A stretch of DNA of 64,000 nt from Candidatus Pacearchaeota archaeon (GTDB taxonomy: Archaea > Nanobdellota > Nanobdellia > Pacearchaeales > GW2011-AR1): NCBI GenBank assembly GCA_018304105.1, contig JAGVWX010000020.1, positions 97,494 through 161,493 on the forward strand, given 5' to 3'. Within the stretch, counting starts at the first letter, position 1; each line of letters opens with the position of its first letter. Below are positions 25,862 to 37,634 of the stretch, piece after piece. Under the pieces are notes generated by a model. That model saw only the letters and a list, made by a program, of their open reading frames with translations, had not been told where the DNA came from and searched no databases. The position numbers and the translations under genes are program-made.

Positions 25862-28552
25862 ATGAAAAAAGAGGAAACATTCTTCGGTTCTGAGTTATCA
25901 ACGGGGGCGGGTGGTGGAAAAAGAGGATTATCCGAAGAAGAATCAAAAAAACGGAAAATAAAATACGGCCCAAATGAATTAAGGGACATTTCAAAAAGAA
26001 CTCCTCTCAAAATTCTAATGAGCCAGATAAAAAGTAACTTCATAATTTATCTGCTCTTCGCTGCAATCGCAATTTCTTTCTTTGTTGGGAAGCCGCTCAC
26101 AGCATACACAATTCTCGCAGTGATTTTCTTGGTTGTGATTGTGGGATTTGTCCAGGAATATAAATCAGAAAAAGCGATTGAATCTCTCAAAAAAATGCTC
26201 GTCCCGGTTTCCATAGTCATTCGTGATGGAAAAGAAAAAGAAATTCCTTCAGCCGAAATTGTTCCAGGCGATATTATTGTTCTGCGTAACGGGGAAAAAA
26301 TTCCTGCGGATTGCATTGTCTTGGAAGAGAAGGAGCTCAGTGTAAACGAATCCGTTTTGACAGGAGAGTCGCACGAAATAAAAAAATTTGCTGTAAAGAA
26401 TACTAATGAATACAAAGAGAAAAATCAGATATTCATGGGAACCTTTGTTGTGAGCGGTCGCTGCCTCGCGCAAGTCACTCACACCGGAATGAACACACGA
26501 TTCGGCAAAATCTCCGGCATAATCTCAACAGCTGAAAAAGACCTGCCTCTGCAAAAGAAAGTCAATAAAATCGCAAAGGTCATGGCTATAATTGCGGTTA
26601 CGGTTTCGGTTTTAACAGGCGCAATGATATTAATTGAAAGCGAGACAATTGATTCAGATTTGCTGATTAACGTTTTAATTTTAGTTATTGCATTGTCTGT
26701 TTCGGCATTTCCCGAGGGATTTCCTGTTGTTTTGATTACCTCTCTTGCTTCAGGCGCTCGCAAAATGGCAAAACAAAACGCCATCGTGAACAGGATGTCT
26801 ATAATAGAAACACTCGGAGAGACAACAGTAATATGCACAGACAAGACAGGAACACTAACAAAAGGCGAAATGACCGTAAAGAAAATATTTCTGGACAATT
26901 CTCTTATTGAAGTTTCCGGAGCGGGCTATGAAGCCGAAGGCAAATTCTTATTGTATGGCAAAGAAGTCACTGCAGAAAACAAAACCCTAAGCATATTGCT
27001 GAAAGGCAGTGTTATTTGCAATGACTCCAGCATAGAAAGGACAGGCGAGGACTCTATTTATCACGTGCGCGGAAGCCCAACAGAATCCGCCTTGCTGATA
27101 CTGGCTGCAAAAGCCGGCATCTTTAAAGAAGACTTAAAGTTCATAAGAAGAGAAGAAATTCCATTCAGCTCTGAAAGGAAAATCATGGCTGTTTCATGCA
27201 AAACTCCCCAAGGCAATTTTGTTTATGCCAAAGGCGCAATCGAATTCCTTCTTAAAAAATGCAAATACATCCAGAACAAAGATAGTCTAATTAGGTTAAC
27301 AGAAAAGGAAAAGGAAAAAATATTGAGCGCCAATGCGAAAATCACTTCAGCTTCCTTTAGAACTCTCGGTATGGCTTATAAAAAAATAGAAAGTCCGAAA
27401 GAAGAGCTGTTGGATAGCGATCTTGTTTTCATTGGTTTTGTTGCAATGGAAGACCCGCCGCGGGAAGAAGTTCGGGCGTCGTTGGAAACCTGTCGCAAGG
27501 CAGGAATCTCTGTCAAGATGATAACCGGAGACAACAAAGAAACAGCCCTTGCAATAGCAAATCAAATTGGCTTGAAAGGCAGGGTAATGACCGGAGAAGA
27601 GCTTGACAGCATAACTGATGACGAACTAGAAAAAATAATTCGGAACATAACTATTTTTGCCAGGGTAAAGCCAGAAGATAAGTTAAGGATTGTAAAAGCT
27701 CTCAAAAACAACGGTGAAGTTGTGACGATGACTGGCGACGGTGTTAACGACGCCCCTGCCCTGAAAGAAGCGCACATTGGTGTTGCCATGGGAAGAAACG
27801 GCACGGACGTCTCTCGCTCTGTAGCAGACCTCACACTTAAAGACGACAATTTTGCAACAATTGTAACGGCAATAAGAGAAGGCAGAACTATCTTCAAGAA
27901 CATCAGAAAATTTGTCACCTACGAATTGTCTTGCAACACCGCAGAAATTTCAATCCTCTTTTTCGGAGTAGCGCTCGCTCCGCTTCTCGGCTGGCAAGTG
28001 CCGCTTCTTCTGGCTCTGCAAATTTTATTTATGAACCTTGTGACAGACAACTTGCCGGCAATCACGCTGGGTTTTAATCCTTACTCTGGCGACGCTATGG
28101 AACAAAAACCAAGAAAAAACAGAGATATTCTAAACCGCCGCATGATTTGTCTGCTTCTCTTCAACGGAGCATTGCTGGCCTTGTTCACACTTTCGGCTTA
28201 TTTCATAAGTTTCAATATCGAAGGAAACGACGCGGCTTATGCTCGCACAACTGCCCTCGTATCTCTAATCATTTTAGAAATCGTTTCTGCATTCAACTTC
28301 CGCTCATTCAGAAAAGGCGTTTTGAACCGCTCGCCGTTAGTAAATCCTTATCTGTTCTTTGCGTCTCTGATTTCATTGCTCGCAACAGTACTAATAATCT
28401 ACACGCCGCTAAGCAATATTTTTGAGACCGTCCCAATCGGAATCAAGGGCTGGCTTGTCGCAATTCTTTTATCTCTTCTCTTAATACTGATTTATGATGT
28501 TCTCAAGGCGATTAACAACAAAAAAAGGTTTATTGATTTAGATAGTTCTTAA
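25862..28552 (+). CDS. cation-transporting P-type ATPase (type II, Ca2+/Mg2+-like)
   Basis: 896 aa with TGES, the phosphorylation site ICTDKTGTLT, and the hinge MTGDGVNDAPALK. Confidence 0.95.
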   Translation: MKKEETFFGSELSTGAGGGKRGLSEEESKKRKIKYGPNELRDISKRTPLKILMSQIKSNFIIYLLFAAIAISFFVGKPLTAYTILAVIFLVVIVGFVQEYKSEKAIESLKKMLVPVSIVIRDGKEKEIPSAEIVPGDIIVLRNGEKIPADCIVLEEKELSVNESVLTGESHEIKKFAVKNTNEYKEKNQIFMGTFVVSGRCLAQVTHTGMNTRFGKISGIISTAEKDLPLQKKVNKIAKVMAIIAVTVSVLTGAMILIESETIDSDLLINVLILVIALSVSAFPEGFPVVLITSLASGARKMAKQNAIVNRMSIIETLGETTVICTDKTGTLTKGEMTVKKIFLDNSLIEVSGAGYEAEGKFLLYGKEVTAENKTLSILLKGSVICNDSSIERTGEDSIYHVRGSPTESALLILAAKAGIFKEDLKFIRREEIPFSSERKIMAVSCKTPQGNFVYAKGAIEFLLKKCKYIQNKDSLIRLTEKEKEKILSANAKITSASFRTLGMAYKKIESPKEELLDSDLVFIGFVAMEDPPREEVRASLETCRKAGISVKMITGDNKETALAIANQIGLKGRVMTGEELDSITDDELEKIIRNITIFARVKPEDKLRIVKALKNNGEVVTMTGDGVNDAPALKEAHIGVAMGRNGTDVSRSVADLTLKDDNFATIVTAIREGRTIFKNIRKFVTYELSCNTAEISILFFGVALAPLLGWQVPLLLALQILFMNLVTDNLPAITLGFNPYSGDAMEQKPRKNRDILNRRMICLLLFNGALLALFTLSAYFISFNIEGNDAAYARTTALVSLIILEIVSAFNFRSFRKGVLNRSPLVNPYLFFASLISLLATVLIIYTPLSNIFETVPIGIKGWLVAILLSLLLILIYDVLKAINNKKRFIDLDSS

Positions 28553-28568
28553 TAATTGACAAATACAA

Positions 28569-28874
28569 TCACGCCGCTTGGCGATAACTTCCCGCTCGTG
28601 CTTGCATCTTAGCAGAATATTCATCCAAACTCATCGTTGGAGTATCTTCAAAATTTGAGCGTTTGTTTTTCTTTAACAAATCTTCATAAGGAAGCGAAAT
28701 CCTCACAATTTTGTATCTTGGAAATTGTGCAGTCGGCAAGGCTCTACTTTCAGATAGTTTCTGCCCTTGAAAATGGCTTGCTCTAAATAATTGTCTGCCT
28801 TCCTCAAGGTCTTGTTCTTCATCTCCCAACTGTCTGCCCATATAATTTTCCATTTTTTTACAAAGGCTTTCCAT
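28569..28874 (-). CDS. hypothetical protein (about 101 aa)
   Basis: The ATG at 28874 (MESLCKK...) is preferred over the track GTG start. Confidence 0.4.
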   Translation of the reverse strand: MESLCKKMENYMGRQLGDEEQDLEEGRQLFRASHFQGQKLSESRALPTAQFPRYKIVRISLPYEDLLKKNKRSNFEDTPTMSLDEYSAKMQARAGSYRQAA

Positions 28875-28899
28875 ATAAAAACCTTTCTTCACAGTAGAT

Positions 28900-28981
28900 T
28901 GTCATGGACCCGCTGGCTGCCTCTCTCAATAACGATTGAAAGATTTAGTTCCGAGGCGGGGACAAACTGTCATGGACCCGC
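28900..28981 (-). repeat. 14-nt direct repeat of the tRNA-Ala 3' end plus trailer (GCGGGTCCATGACA)
   Basis: TGTCATGGACCCGC occurs at 28900-28913 and 28968-28981 (period 68). Confidence 0.9.
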
Positions 28982-29043
28982 CGAGAATCGAACTCGGGCC
29001 TCTTCCTTGCGAAGGAAAAATTCTGCCACTATAATACGGGCCC
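28973..29043 (-). tRNA. tRNA-Ala (anticodon CGC)
   Basis: Acceptor GGGCCCG/CGGGTCC with G3:U70, anticodon stem TTTCC/GGAAG with loop TTCGCAA, T arm CCCGA-GTTCGAT-TCGGC-like. The D arm is weak when folded by hand. Confidence 0.8.
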
Positions 29044-29184
29044 ATTTTGCTTGCAGATACGAGGAACCGCGCAGCGTAAGCGAGCAGGTCCGCAGTGATA
29101 GCAAGTCAAAATTCGTTATCTTATCCGCAAAATAAATCAAAATTCTTTATGTTATAAACCTTGACAAATCAGCTGAAAAGTTAT

Positions 29185-29230
29185 CTCGCTCTAAGACGGT
29201 CTGGGGCGGTGGTTACTTAATTTAAGCGAG
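29185..29230 (+). repeat. copy of the dispersed G-loop hairpin element (longest stem)
   Basis: CTCGCT(C)TAAG ... TTTAAGCGAG arms enclose ACGGTCTGGGGCGGTGG. Lies about 70 nt upstream of groES. Confidence 0.55.
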
Positions 29231-29300
29231 CGCAGCGAGCCCAATTAAATGGATTTATCATCACAGTAACTTTTATAAATCCCAAGTTAGGGTTAATCTC

Positions 29301-29566
29301 ATGAGACTTACTCCGATTGGCGAACGCGTGGTCTTGAAGCAGACTGCGAAAGAAGAACGAACAAGGTCAGGAATTTACCTTCCGAAATCAGAAGATAAAA
29401 AAGAAGGAATTATAGTAGAAGTCGGAACATTAAAAGACGGCTCATTAATTCCGTTAAGAAAAGGCGACAAAGTTATTTACGGCGGCTACTCAAGCGAGGA
29501 ATACGAAGTCAACGGAGAAAAGCTTTTAATAGTTGACTTCAAAGATATTTTAGCAAAGATTGAAGG

Positions 29567-29570
<4 letters not shown>
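29301..29570 (+). CDS. groES: co-chaperonin GroES
   Basis: 89 aa with PIGERVVLK...SGIYLP...GDKVIYGGY. Confidence 0.95.
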
Positions 29571-31531
<1,961 letters not shown>

Positions 31532-31546
31532 GTCAATAATCAGATT

Positions 31547-31963
31547 TTACTTTAGCGTGTTCTTTACCCTTCTTGATTTTGTTAGATACGCCGCAACCAA
31601 GATATTTATAGAAATATTAACAATAACAATTATCAGATTTGAGATAATAGGAACGTTCGGGTTGTAAATCAATTGTGCTACGATATAATACCAAATAAGG
31701 AAAACCGTCCCAACGATTGCAGCAATAATAAAACTCTTTACCGCAAATTTTTTCTTTGTCAAAATCATAAAAATTGTTATTCCAATGAAGATGCAGTACA
31801 CCAACAAAAGAAATGCCGAGAGATAAACTCCTTGCAGAACGTTTAGAGTAAAGATGTTTGTGATTTTCTGGACCAGAAGTATGAAATTAGATATTCCCGA
31901 CAGAATGCACATCAGTAGCACAACCAAAAGCCAACCGCCGATTCCTTTAGTCGAATTTCTCAT
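31547..31963 (-). CDS. membrane protein (138 aa, four TM helices)
   Basis: Hydrophobic profile only. Confidence 0.5.
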   Translation of the reverse strand: MRNSTKGIGGWLLVVLLMCILSGISNFILLVQKITNIFTLNVLQGVYLSAFLLLVYCIFIGITIFMILTKKKFAVKSFIIAAIVGTVFLIWYYIVAQLIYNPNVPIISNLIIVIVNISINILVAAYLTKSRRVKNTLK

Positions 31964-32062
31964 ATTTTCCCTCTATAAAATAATAATGCAACGACCTTTA
32001 TTAATTCTTCTTATTAACCAAGCTGAAATAACCATTGAGTCATACAAATATCAAAATAATAT

Positions 32063-32818
32063 CTAAGAATTCAATTCCGCATCAATAACTTGTTTAATCT
32101 GCGAATAAGGCACAGCGCCGCTTATTAGTTTGCCGTTAACAAAAAATGCCGGAGTTCCTCTCACGCCAGCGTTAGTGCTTTCTGTTTGTTCTTTATCAAA
32201 CCTTGAATCGAATTTGTTTGAGTCAAGGCATTCATTAAGCTTTGTCATATCAGCTCCAGCAATGCCTTCTGCTAGAATTTTCATTTTGCTTAAATCTTCA
32301 ACGTCTCCTTGGTTGGCGTAAGCCAGCGGATAAAACTTCCAATATAACTCAGAGTTCTGGTCGTTCAAGCACCACGCAACAAGCTGTGCTGGATGCCCTC
32401 CGCTGTGTCCGTAAGAATATTTTACAACAAACCTGACTTTTCCCGTGTCAACATAATCCCTCATCATGTTTGTAACAATCGGCTGCCATTCGGGACTTCT
32501 TTGCTGCATGTAAGAAACTAATTCCGCATTATCTCCTGAAGCCGCTGCACAAAATGGACATGAGAAATCAGCAAATTCCACGACGGTAACTTTCGCGTTT
32601 GAATTTCCTGTTTGCGGATCATCCGCGCCTATCGGAATATTTACCGCTCCAGTTTGTACTCCCAGCTGTCCGCCCGCCTGATTTCCTCCAGAAGTTGTGT
32701 TCTTGTTTTGCGAAAAGTAAACAAACGCAGAGATAACTATCAAAGCTATAAGAACGAGAGTTGAATACTTCCATAGGCTGTCCTTCTTTATCGTTATAGT
32801 GCCCTTAACCATAAACAA
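32063..32818 (-). CDS. DsbA-like thiol:disulfide oxidoreductase, membrane-anchored
   Basis: 251 aa with an N-terminal TM and the thioredoxin-fold CxxC (FSCPFCAAA). Confidence 0.8.
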   Translation of the reverse strand: MFMVKGTITIKKDSLWKYSTLVLIALIVISAFVYFSQNKNTTSGGNQAGGQLGVQTGAVNIPIGADDPQTGNSNAKVTVVEFADFSCPFCAAASGDNAELVSYMQQRSPEWQPIVTNMMRDYVDTGKVRFVVKYSYGHSGGHPAQLVAWCLNDQNSELYWKFYPLAYANQGDVEDLSKMKILAEGIAGADMTKLNECLDSNKFDSRFDKEQTESTNAGVRGTPAFFVNGKLISGAVPYSQIKQVIDAELNS

Positions 32819-33111
32819 AAAGAAATAAACTTCTATATAAACACTTCTGTTAACGCCGAATTGGCTCCAAATTATTTCTGGATACTAATGCTCGGTTCTT
32901 ATCCGAAGATTGTTATGTTATTAAATCTGTTAATCGTCTCGTGATGATAATTTTTCGGGCGAGGCGTGGCACTCATCGTTAAGGCTTTAGCTCAAACGTT
33001 TGCTAAATCATTCTATGGAACATTCACGCGTTAACATTGATACAAATAATATCCCAGAAACGAGATAAATTTATATACTCCCCTCTCGAAAGACAAAGAT
33101 AAAAAGAGAAA

Positions 33112-33462
33112 ATGGCAAAACGTTGTATTTATTGTAAGGTTGATCTTTCTGAGGATTCCGTTGTGGACGTTTGTCGTAGATGCGGCATCGGCGTCTGGGG
33201 AGAAAAAATGTTCAATGCGATAATCGAAAACATGGAAGGCGCAAAGAAAAACGGCAACCTCTATCAGGGAAGCGTCAGTTATTCACCAGACAAAAAAGCC
33301 GCCCCTAAAAAATCAGCACTCGGCTCAATCGCACAAGAAGCTCTCGCAACACAGACATCAAAGCCGGTAGAAAGGCAGCTTGATTCTTACTCGACTCAAA
33401 AGGCAGAAATTTCTGAAGAAGATTCCGCAGATTTTCTAGTCGACAAGATTGACAGGTATTAA
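33112..33462 (+). CDS. zinc-ribbon protein (116 aa)
   Basis: CIYCK...CRRCG motif. The rest is low complexity. Confidence 0.5.
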   Translation: MAKRCIYCKVDLSEDSVVDVCRRCGIGVWGEKMFNAIIENMEGAKKNGNLYQGSVSYSPDKKAAPKKSALGSIAQEALATQTSKPVERQLDSYSTQKAEISEEDSADFLVDKIDRY

Positions 33463-33576
33463 TAAAACATAAAACGCTTTGTCTAAAACTCAATCCTTCT
33501 CAAAAGTCAAACAAATTATTATTCTAAATTAAATATTATTATATCCTTCATCACTTTATCTGTTGCAAGAAATCCA

Positions 33577-33808
33577 ATCACAAGTCGGTTCGGGGTGGTA
33601 GCGTGATATTTTCCGCCGGCGAGGCGAGACCCGAGCGAACATTCTTTCAGTCCAATGTATTAGTATGATAACTTTCAGGGTGGCGGGGCGGAGAGTTATA
33701 ATCTAAGTCGGTTCTGATAATTCACGCCAGCTACAAGTTAACAATAGAAAACCCACAACAAGTCGGTTTGGGGTGGGTAAATAATTTTTGAGATGGTAGG
33801 GCGGGGAG
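33577..33808 (+). repeat. cluster of three G-loop hairpin elements with associated G-rich boxes
   Basis: Hairpins at 33577-33607 (ATCAC/GTGAT), 33698-33721 (ATAATC/GATAAT) and 33751-33778 (ACCCAC/GTGGGT), each enclosing AAGTCGGTT. G boxes at 33678-33695 and 33795-33808. Confidence 0.6.
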
Positions 33809-33887
33809 TTATAAGTTCACCAGCAATCTCATCATAGGAAACTTTAAATAATTCGTTTGCGCTAATGCATAATCAAAAAGAGGACGA

Positions 33888-34910
33888 ATGAAAATTAGTT
33901 TTGAGTTCCGCAAGGCATACCTTATTGTAGTTCTTGCATTAGCTGTTGTTTTGAGTGCTGGTTATGTTTTTGCAAGTCTTATAACGCCAATCCGAAATCC
34001 AGGACATTATGCTAGCGAACTTCAAAAGTGCAGCGATGGCGAGATTTTAAAGATGGTTGGTGGGACATGGGCATGTGATCCTGGAATAAGCAGCCAATGG
34101 ACAAACGTCGCAGGTGGAATTAATTATGCTGGCGGTAATGTGGGAATTGGCACGACGACGCCAGGTCAGCCATTAACTGTTAAGAGCGATGCGGGTATGG
34201 GTTTGCAATCCGAAAACAGCGGGGACGGAGGAAAACAGATTACGTTTATTAATTCTGATGGAACGGCTAAGAGCATTGTTGGGCGAGGAAATGATAATCA
34301 AGAGTGGACAGGAATTACTTCTCTCGGTGCAAGCAGCTGGCAGTTTGTCGTAATGGATACCGGCAAGGTGGGAATCGGAACAGAGGTGCCCCAAGCGAAA
34401 TTGGAAGTTTATGATTCTGGCACATTTAATCCTGCAGACATAGGAAACGGAGCGCATATCGCAATTGGACACATCAATGGCATTTTAAGTTCTGGTGGAA
34501 ATTGGGATGCTGTAGGTTTTTGTTCAGGGACTAATGATCCCGCTAATCCGGGCACCCCAGCCCAAATTGGGTGCCAAGGCGTCAATCTCGTGGGAAATAT
34601 GTATTGGGCAACTAGAAACTCGGACAACAAAATGACTAATTTAATGACATTATACAAGAACGGAAATTTAGGCGTTAATGGAGTGAAACTTGCGCCACAA
34701 ACTTCTCTTCCTGCATGTAACTCTGCAAACAACGGTTTAATCGTCTATGTGAGCGGCACTAATTGGGTTCGCTCAGAAGGCGGTTGCAACTACTATTCAA
34801 TCGAACACTGTCCGAATATTTGCACGTATTATACCGATCAGAACGGCAACACTGTTAGCAACTGGATTGATATGGGAAATTGTGGCGCAATTGAAGTAGA
34901 CGATTGTTAA
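33888..34910 (+). CDS. secreted or membrane-anchored protein, unknown function (340 aa)
   Basis: N-terminal TM/signal, G/N/T-rich, C-terminal Cys-rich tail. Confidence 0.5.
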   Translation: MKISFEFRKAYLIVVLALAVVLSAGYVFASLITPIRNPGHYASELQKCSDGEILKMVGGTWACDPGISSQWTNVAGGINYAGGNVGIGTTTPGQPLTVKSDAGMGLQSENSGDGGKQITFINSDGTAKSIVGRGNDNQEWTGITSLGASSWQFVVMDTGKVGIGTEVPQAKLEVYDSGTFNPADIGNGAHIAIGHINGILSSGGNWDAVGFCSGTNDPANPGTPAQIGCQGVNLVGNMYWATRNSDNKMTNLMTLYKNGNLGVNGVKLAPQTSLPACNSANNGLIVYVSGTNWVRSEGGCNYYSIEHCPNICTYYTDQNGNTVSNWIDMGNCGAIEVDDC

Positions 34911-35019
34911 CAAAATATCTAACTCCCTATTATCTTAATCTTTTTTATTCTGCCATCCCACTAATCCAAATAACAAAGTCCATCAAAACGTTTAAAAACT
35001 AATTCCCTCAGTAAATTCT

Positions 35020-35316
35020 ATGTTGAAACACAAGTCTCCAAGACAGAAAGGAAAGTTCTCATTCACTAGATTTTTCCAGAAATTCAAGCCAGGCGACAGC
35101 GTTGCTGTAGTCAGAGAGCTAAGCATTCCATTGGGTTATTCAAAGCGAATCCAGGGCAGAACAGGCAAAGTCCTAGAAAAGCGCGGCACAGCATACTATG
35201 TTGAAATCAAAGACCTCCACAAGCCCAAAAGATATTTAATCAAGCCAATTCATCTAAAGAGAATTGAAGATATGCCAATACACACACAATCAACAACCGT
35301 CGGAGGAAGAAAGTAA
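35020..35316 (+). CDS. rpl21e: 50S ribosomal protein L21e
   Basis: 98 aa with FKPGDSVAVV...GRTGKVLEKRGTAYYVEI...IKPIHLK. Confidence 0.9.
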   Translation: MLKHKSPRQKGKFSFTRFFQKFKPGDSVAVVRELSIPLGYSKRIQGRTGKVLEKRGTAYYVEIKDLHKPKRYLIKPIHLKRIEDMPIHTQSTTVGGRK

Positions 35317-35317
35317 A

Positions 35318-35614
35318 ATGGCGTCACAACCACAAACGCAAGTAGAGCAAGTAGCACAACTAAGAATGAGCAGAGAGTCATTTTCATTAGTTGTTAAAGG
35401 TCTATCCGAAGGGGCACGTGCTTTAGCAGACGCAGAGGATTTTGAGGGTGCAATCTTGGGAATAAATAGAACGAACGTGATATGCAGTAGAGTTTATTTA
35501 GGTCTAGCTACACAAGAGAAAAGAGAATTATTATCTTATTTTACTAAGATGCAAGGCACCATAGATGATGCGGCTAGTTATGTGGTAAGGAAGAGAGGGG
35601 AAGCTCAAAGATGA
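35318..35614 (+). CDS. orphan 98-aa ORF inserted between L21e and rpoF
   Basis: The ATG is one base after the L21e stop. Its stop overlaps the rpoF ATG (ATGA). A/Q/R-rich, unlike its K/E/I-rich neighbours. Confidence 0.45.
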   Translation: MASQPQTQVEQVAQLRMSRESFSLVVKGLSEGARALADAEDFEGAILGINRTNVICSRVYLGLATQEKRELLSYFTKMQGTIDDAASYVVRKRGEAQR

Positions 35615-35922
35615 CAATCCATACAAAACAATTCTTAACACTCGCAGAAGTCAAAGAAATAGTTGACAAAATGGAAGATGGCGAAAAGAATGAGGAAATA
35701 AAATCTTATCTCAAGAAATTCACAAAGCTCTCTAAGAAAGATGCGGCCAAGTTAAAAGAAGAGTTAACAGCTCTCAACAATGTCAAAGTCAGAGAAGAAA
35801 ACATAATCAAGCTCGTCGACATCGTCCCTAAGGACGCAGAAGATGTTAACAAAATTTTCGTTGACACCAGCTTGACCGAAGAGGAAACAAATGCAATTTT
35901 GGAGATTACTAAGAAGTATTAA
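35611..35922 (+). CDS. rpoF: RNA polymerase subunit F (Rpo4)
   Basis: 103 aa with an HRDC-like C-terminus (IIKLVDIVPKDAEDVNKIF...EEETNAILEI). Conserved L21e-rpoF-DUF655 context. Confidence 0.75.
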   Translation: MTIHTKQFLTLAEVKEIVDKMEDGEKNEEIKSYLKKFTKLSKKDAAKLKEELTALNNVKVREENIIKLVDIVPKDAEDVNKIFVDTSLTEEETNAILEITKKY

Positions 35923-36016
35923 CAAAGAAAATGACAGAAGCAACATTATCAATAGCAAAGCTAGAAAGAACATATAGTTTTAACTTTAATTCTATTTTAA
36001 TTTTGCGAGGTGCGCA

Positions 36017-36346
36017 ATGATTGCGCAAAGAGCACCAAGGCAAAGAACGCTTTTATATGAAGAATTTCAGGGTAGAAAGATGATTGCTATTATGGGTCTT
36101 CTGGAAGGCGAGACTAATGGAGTTATGTATGTTGCTTGCGATTCGGACGGAATGGAAAGAGAATGGAATTGCGGAACGCTTGAAAGAGGTAATGAGAGTT
36201 TGGCGGGGGAGATAGCAGACATCGTTAGCAAAGGATACGAACCAATATTTGATTACACATTAGGCGGAGCTTTAAGGCCCGTGCCAGAAGGGCCAAGACA
36301 GATCATATTAAATTTATTAAATCAAAGAGACCGAGGAGGAAAGTAA
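36017..36346 (+). CDS. orphan ORF (109 aa)
   Basis: ORF only. Lies between rpoF and the DUF655 gene. Confidence 0.4.
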   Translation: MIAQRAPRQRTLLYEEFQGRKMIAIMGLLEGETNGVMYVACDSDGMEREWNCGTLERGNESLAGEIADIVSKGYEPIFDYTLGGALRPVPEGPRQIILNLLNQRDRGGK

Positions 36347-36351
36347 GTAAA

Positions 36352-36672
36352 ATGAGAGTATACGATGACTCAAACAGATACGTAGGAGAATATGACATAT
36401 TAATCCCAGCAGAACAAGTTGATAAATTCGTAAAAAAAGTTATGGCCCTTTCTAAAAAGAAGATAGATCAACTTTGGCACGAAACAAGATATATCTACAG
36501 CGAGAAAGATAATAATTTAGCATTGCCAAATGAAAGGATAAATAAAATAAAGAACGATTTTGATTTTGCTAAAAAGGATTTTCTTGGTGTAATAGGAGAC
36601 ATACCAGGAGATGAGTTGGAAGTTATTAGTATCTTTTTAAATAGTCTAAAAAACATCGAGGCTAAGAAATAA
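36352..36672 (+). CDS. orphan ORF (106 aa)
   Basis: ORF only. Its stop is one base before the DUF655 ATG. Confidence 0.4.
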   Translation: MRVYDDSNRYVGEYDILIPAEQVDKFVKKVMALSKKKIDQLWHETRYIYSEKDNNLALPNERINKIKNDFDFAKKDFLGVIGDIPGDELEVISIFLNSLKNIEAKK

Positions 36673-36673
36673 A

Positions 36674-37213
36674 ATGTCCGAGAAAGAAGACTATGCGATA
36701 GTATTGGATTACCTGCCGTACGGTTATCCAATGGAAAAGCACACTAATCCCATAGCTCAAGCCATAGGCATAAAAACTTTTTCCCTTCTCGAATTAATTC
36801 CTCGGAGAGGCGTTACTCTCGAAACAAAAGAAAAAGTTTATATAGGCCCAGATAAGAGAGATAAGATATACTACATCGCAGGTAGGCTCCATCGTGAGAA
36901 GCTTACAGAAACTGCAAAGATCCAACTGCAAGAGTTCGTTGAGGCAGTGGTTGGGGAGCAGGAGAAAACCTTCGTGGAATTCTTCAACAATGCTCAAGCC
37001 ATCAACACCCGCCTACATCAACTTGAACTCCTGCCAGGTTTTGGAAAAAAACACACAAAGGAAGTTATGGATGCGCGAAAAGAAAAAGCGTTTGAAAGCT
37101 TCGAAGACATCAAGGCAAGGGTCAAATCAGTTCCCGATCCAAAGAAAGCCATTGAAAAACGGTTCATCGAAGAGCTTACAGTAAGGCAACGCTTCAATCT
37201 GTTCACGCACTAA
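36674..37213 (+). CDS. DUF655-family archaeal protein (OB fold + HhH, putative RNA/nucleotide binding)
   Basis: 179 aa with AIVLDYLPYGYP..., ...FFNNAQAINTRLHQLELLPGFGKKH. Usual neighbour of L21e/rpoF. Confidence 0.8.
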   Translation: MSEKEDYAIVLDYLPYGYPMEKHTNPIAQAIGIKTFSLLELIPRRGVTLETKEKVYIGPDKRDKIYYIAGRLHREKLTETAKIQLQEFVEAVVGEQEKTFVEFFNNAQAINTRLHQLELLPGFGKKHTKEVMDARKEKAFESFEDIKARVKSVPDPKKAIEKRFIEELTVRQRFNLFTH

Positions 37214-37228
37214 ACACATAAATCAATA

Positions 37229-37633
37229 ATGACAAGAGACCAATCAACAACAGGAGAAGCACAAACACAAAATCCCATGAGGGTAGAAGAGCTTCTAGCA
37301 AATAATCCAAATTATACTATTTCAGACGGTTTTATCAGGCCAGTAACGGGCGGATCTGCTAATAGGCTTGTTGACCTTGCTGTAGTTGGTAAAGACAGAA
37401 TTCCTGTAATAACTTATTCCCCGGCCAGAGGACTTTTAGTTGCTCTTGGACAATCAAATCTGGCAGGTTATCTAATGAGATTTGGAATCCAAACAAGAGA
37501 GCAAATGACAGGCTCGAACGTTCCAGATATATACGCAGGATTTGGAAGTCAACTATTAGCTTTGGCACATAGACTCCGACCAGAACAGGATAGAATGGTA
37601 TCAGAAGAATTACAAAGAGGTCAACAAGGATAA
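37229..37633 (+). CDS. orphan ORF (134 aa), G/R/Q-rich
   Basis: ORF only. Its stop is one base before the S13 ATG. Confidence 0.4.
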   Translation: MTRDQSTTGEAQTQNPMRVEELLANNPNYTISDGFIRPVTGGSANRLVDLAVVGKDRIPVITYSPARGLLVALGQSNLAGYLMRFGIQTREQMTGSNVPDIYAGFGSQLLALAHRLRPEQDRMVSEELQRGQQG

Positions 37634-37634
37634 A

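Noticed and set aside
33577-33808. Replication origin (ORB-like elements with G-strings, three copies in one 420-bp spacer)
   Set aside because: All copies are in direct orientation. There is no orc1/cdc6 gene nearby, no flanked AT-rich unwinding element, and the same motif is scattered over many other intergenic regions.
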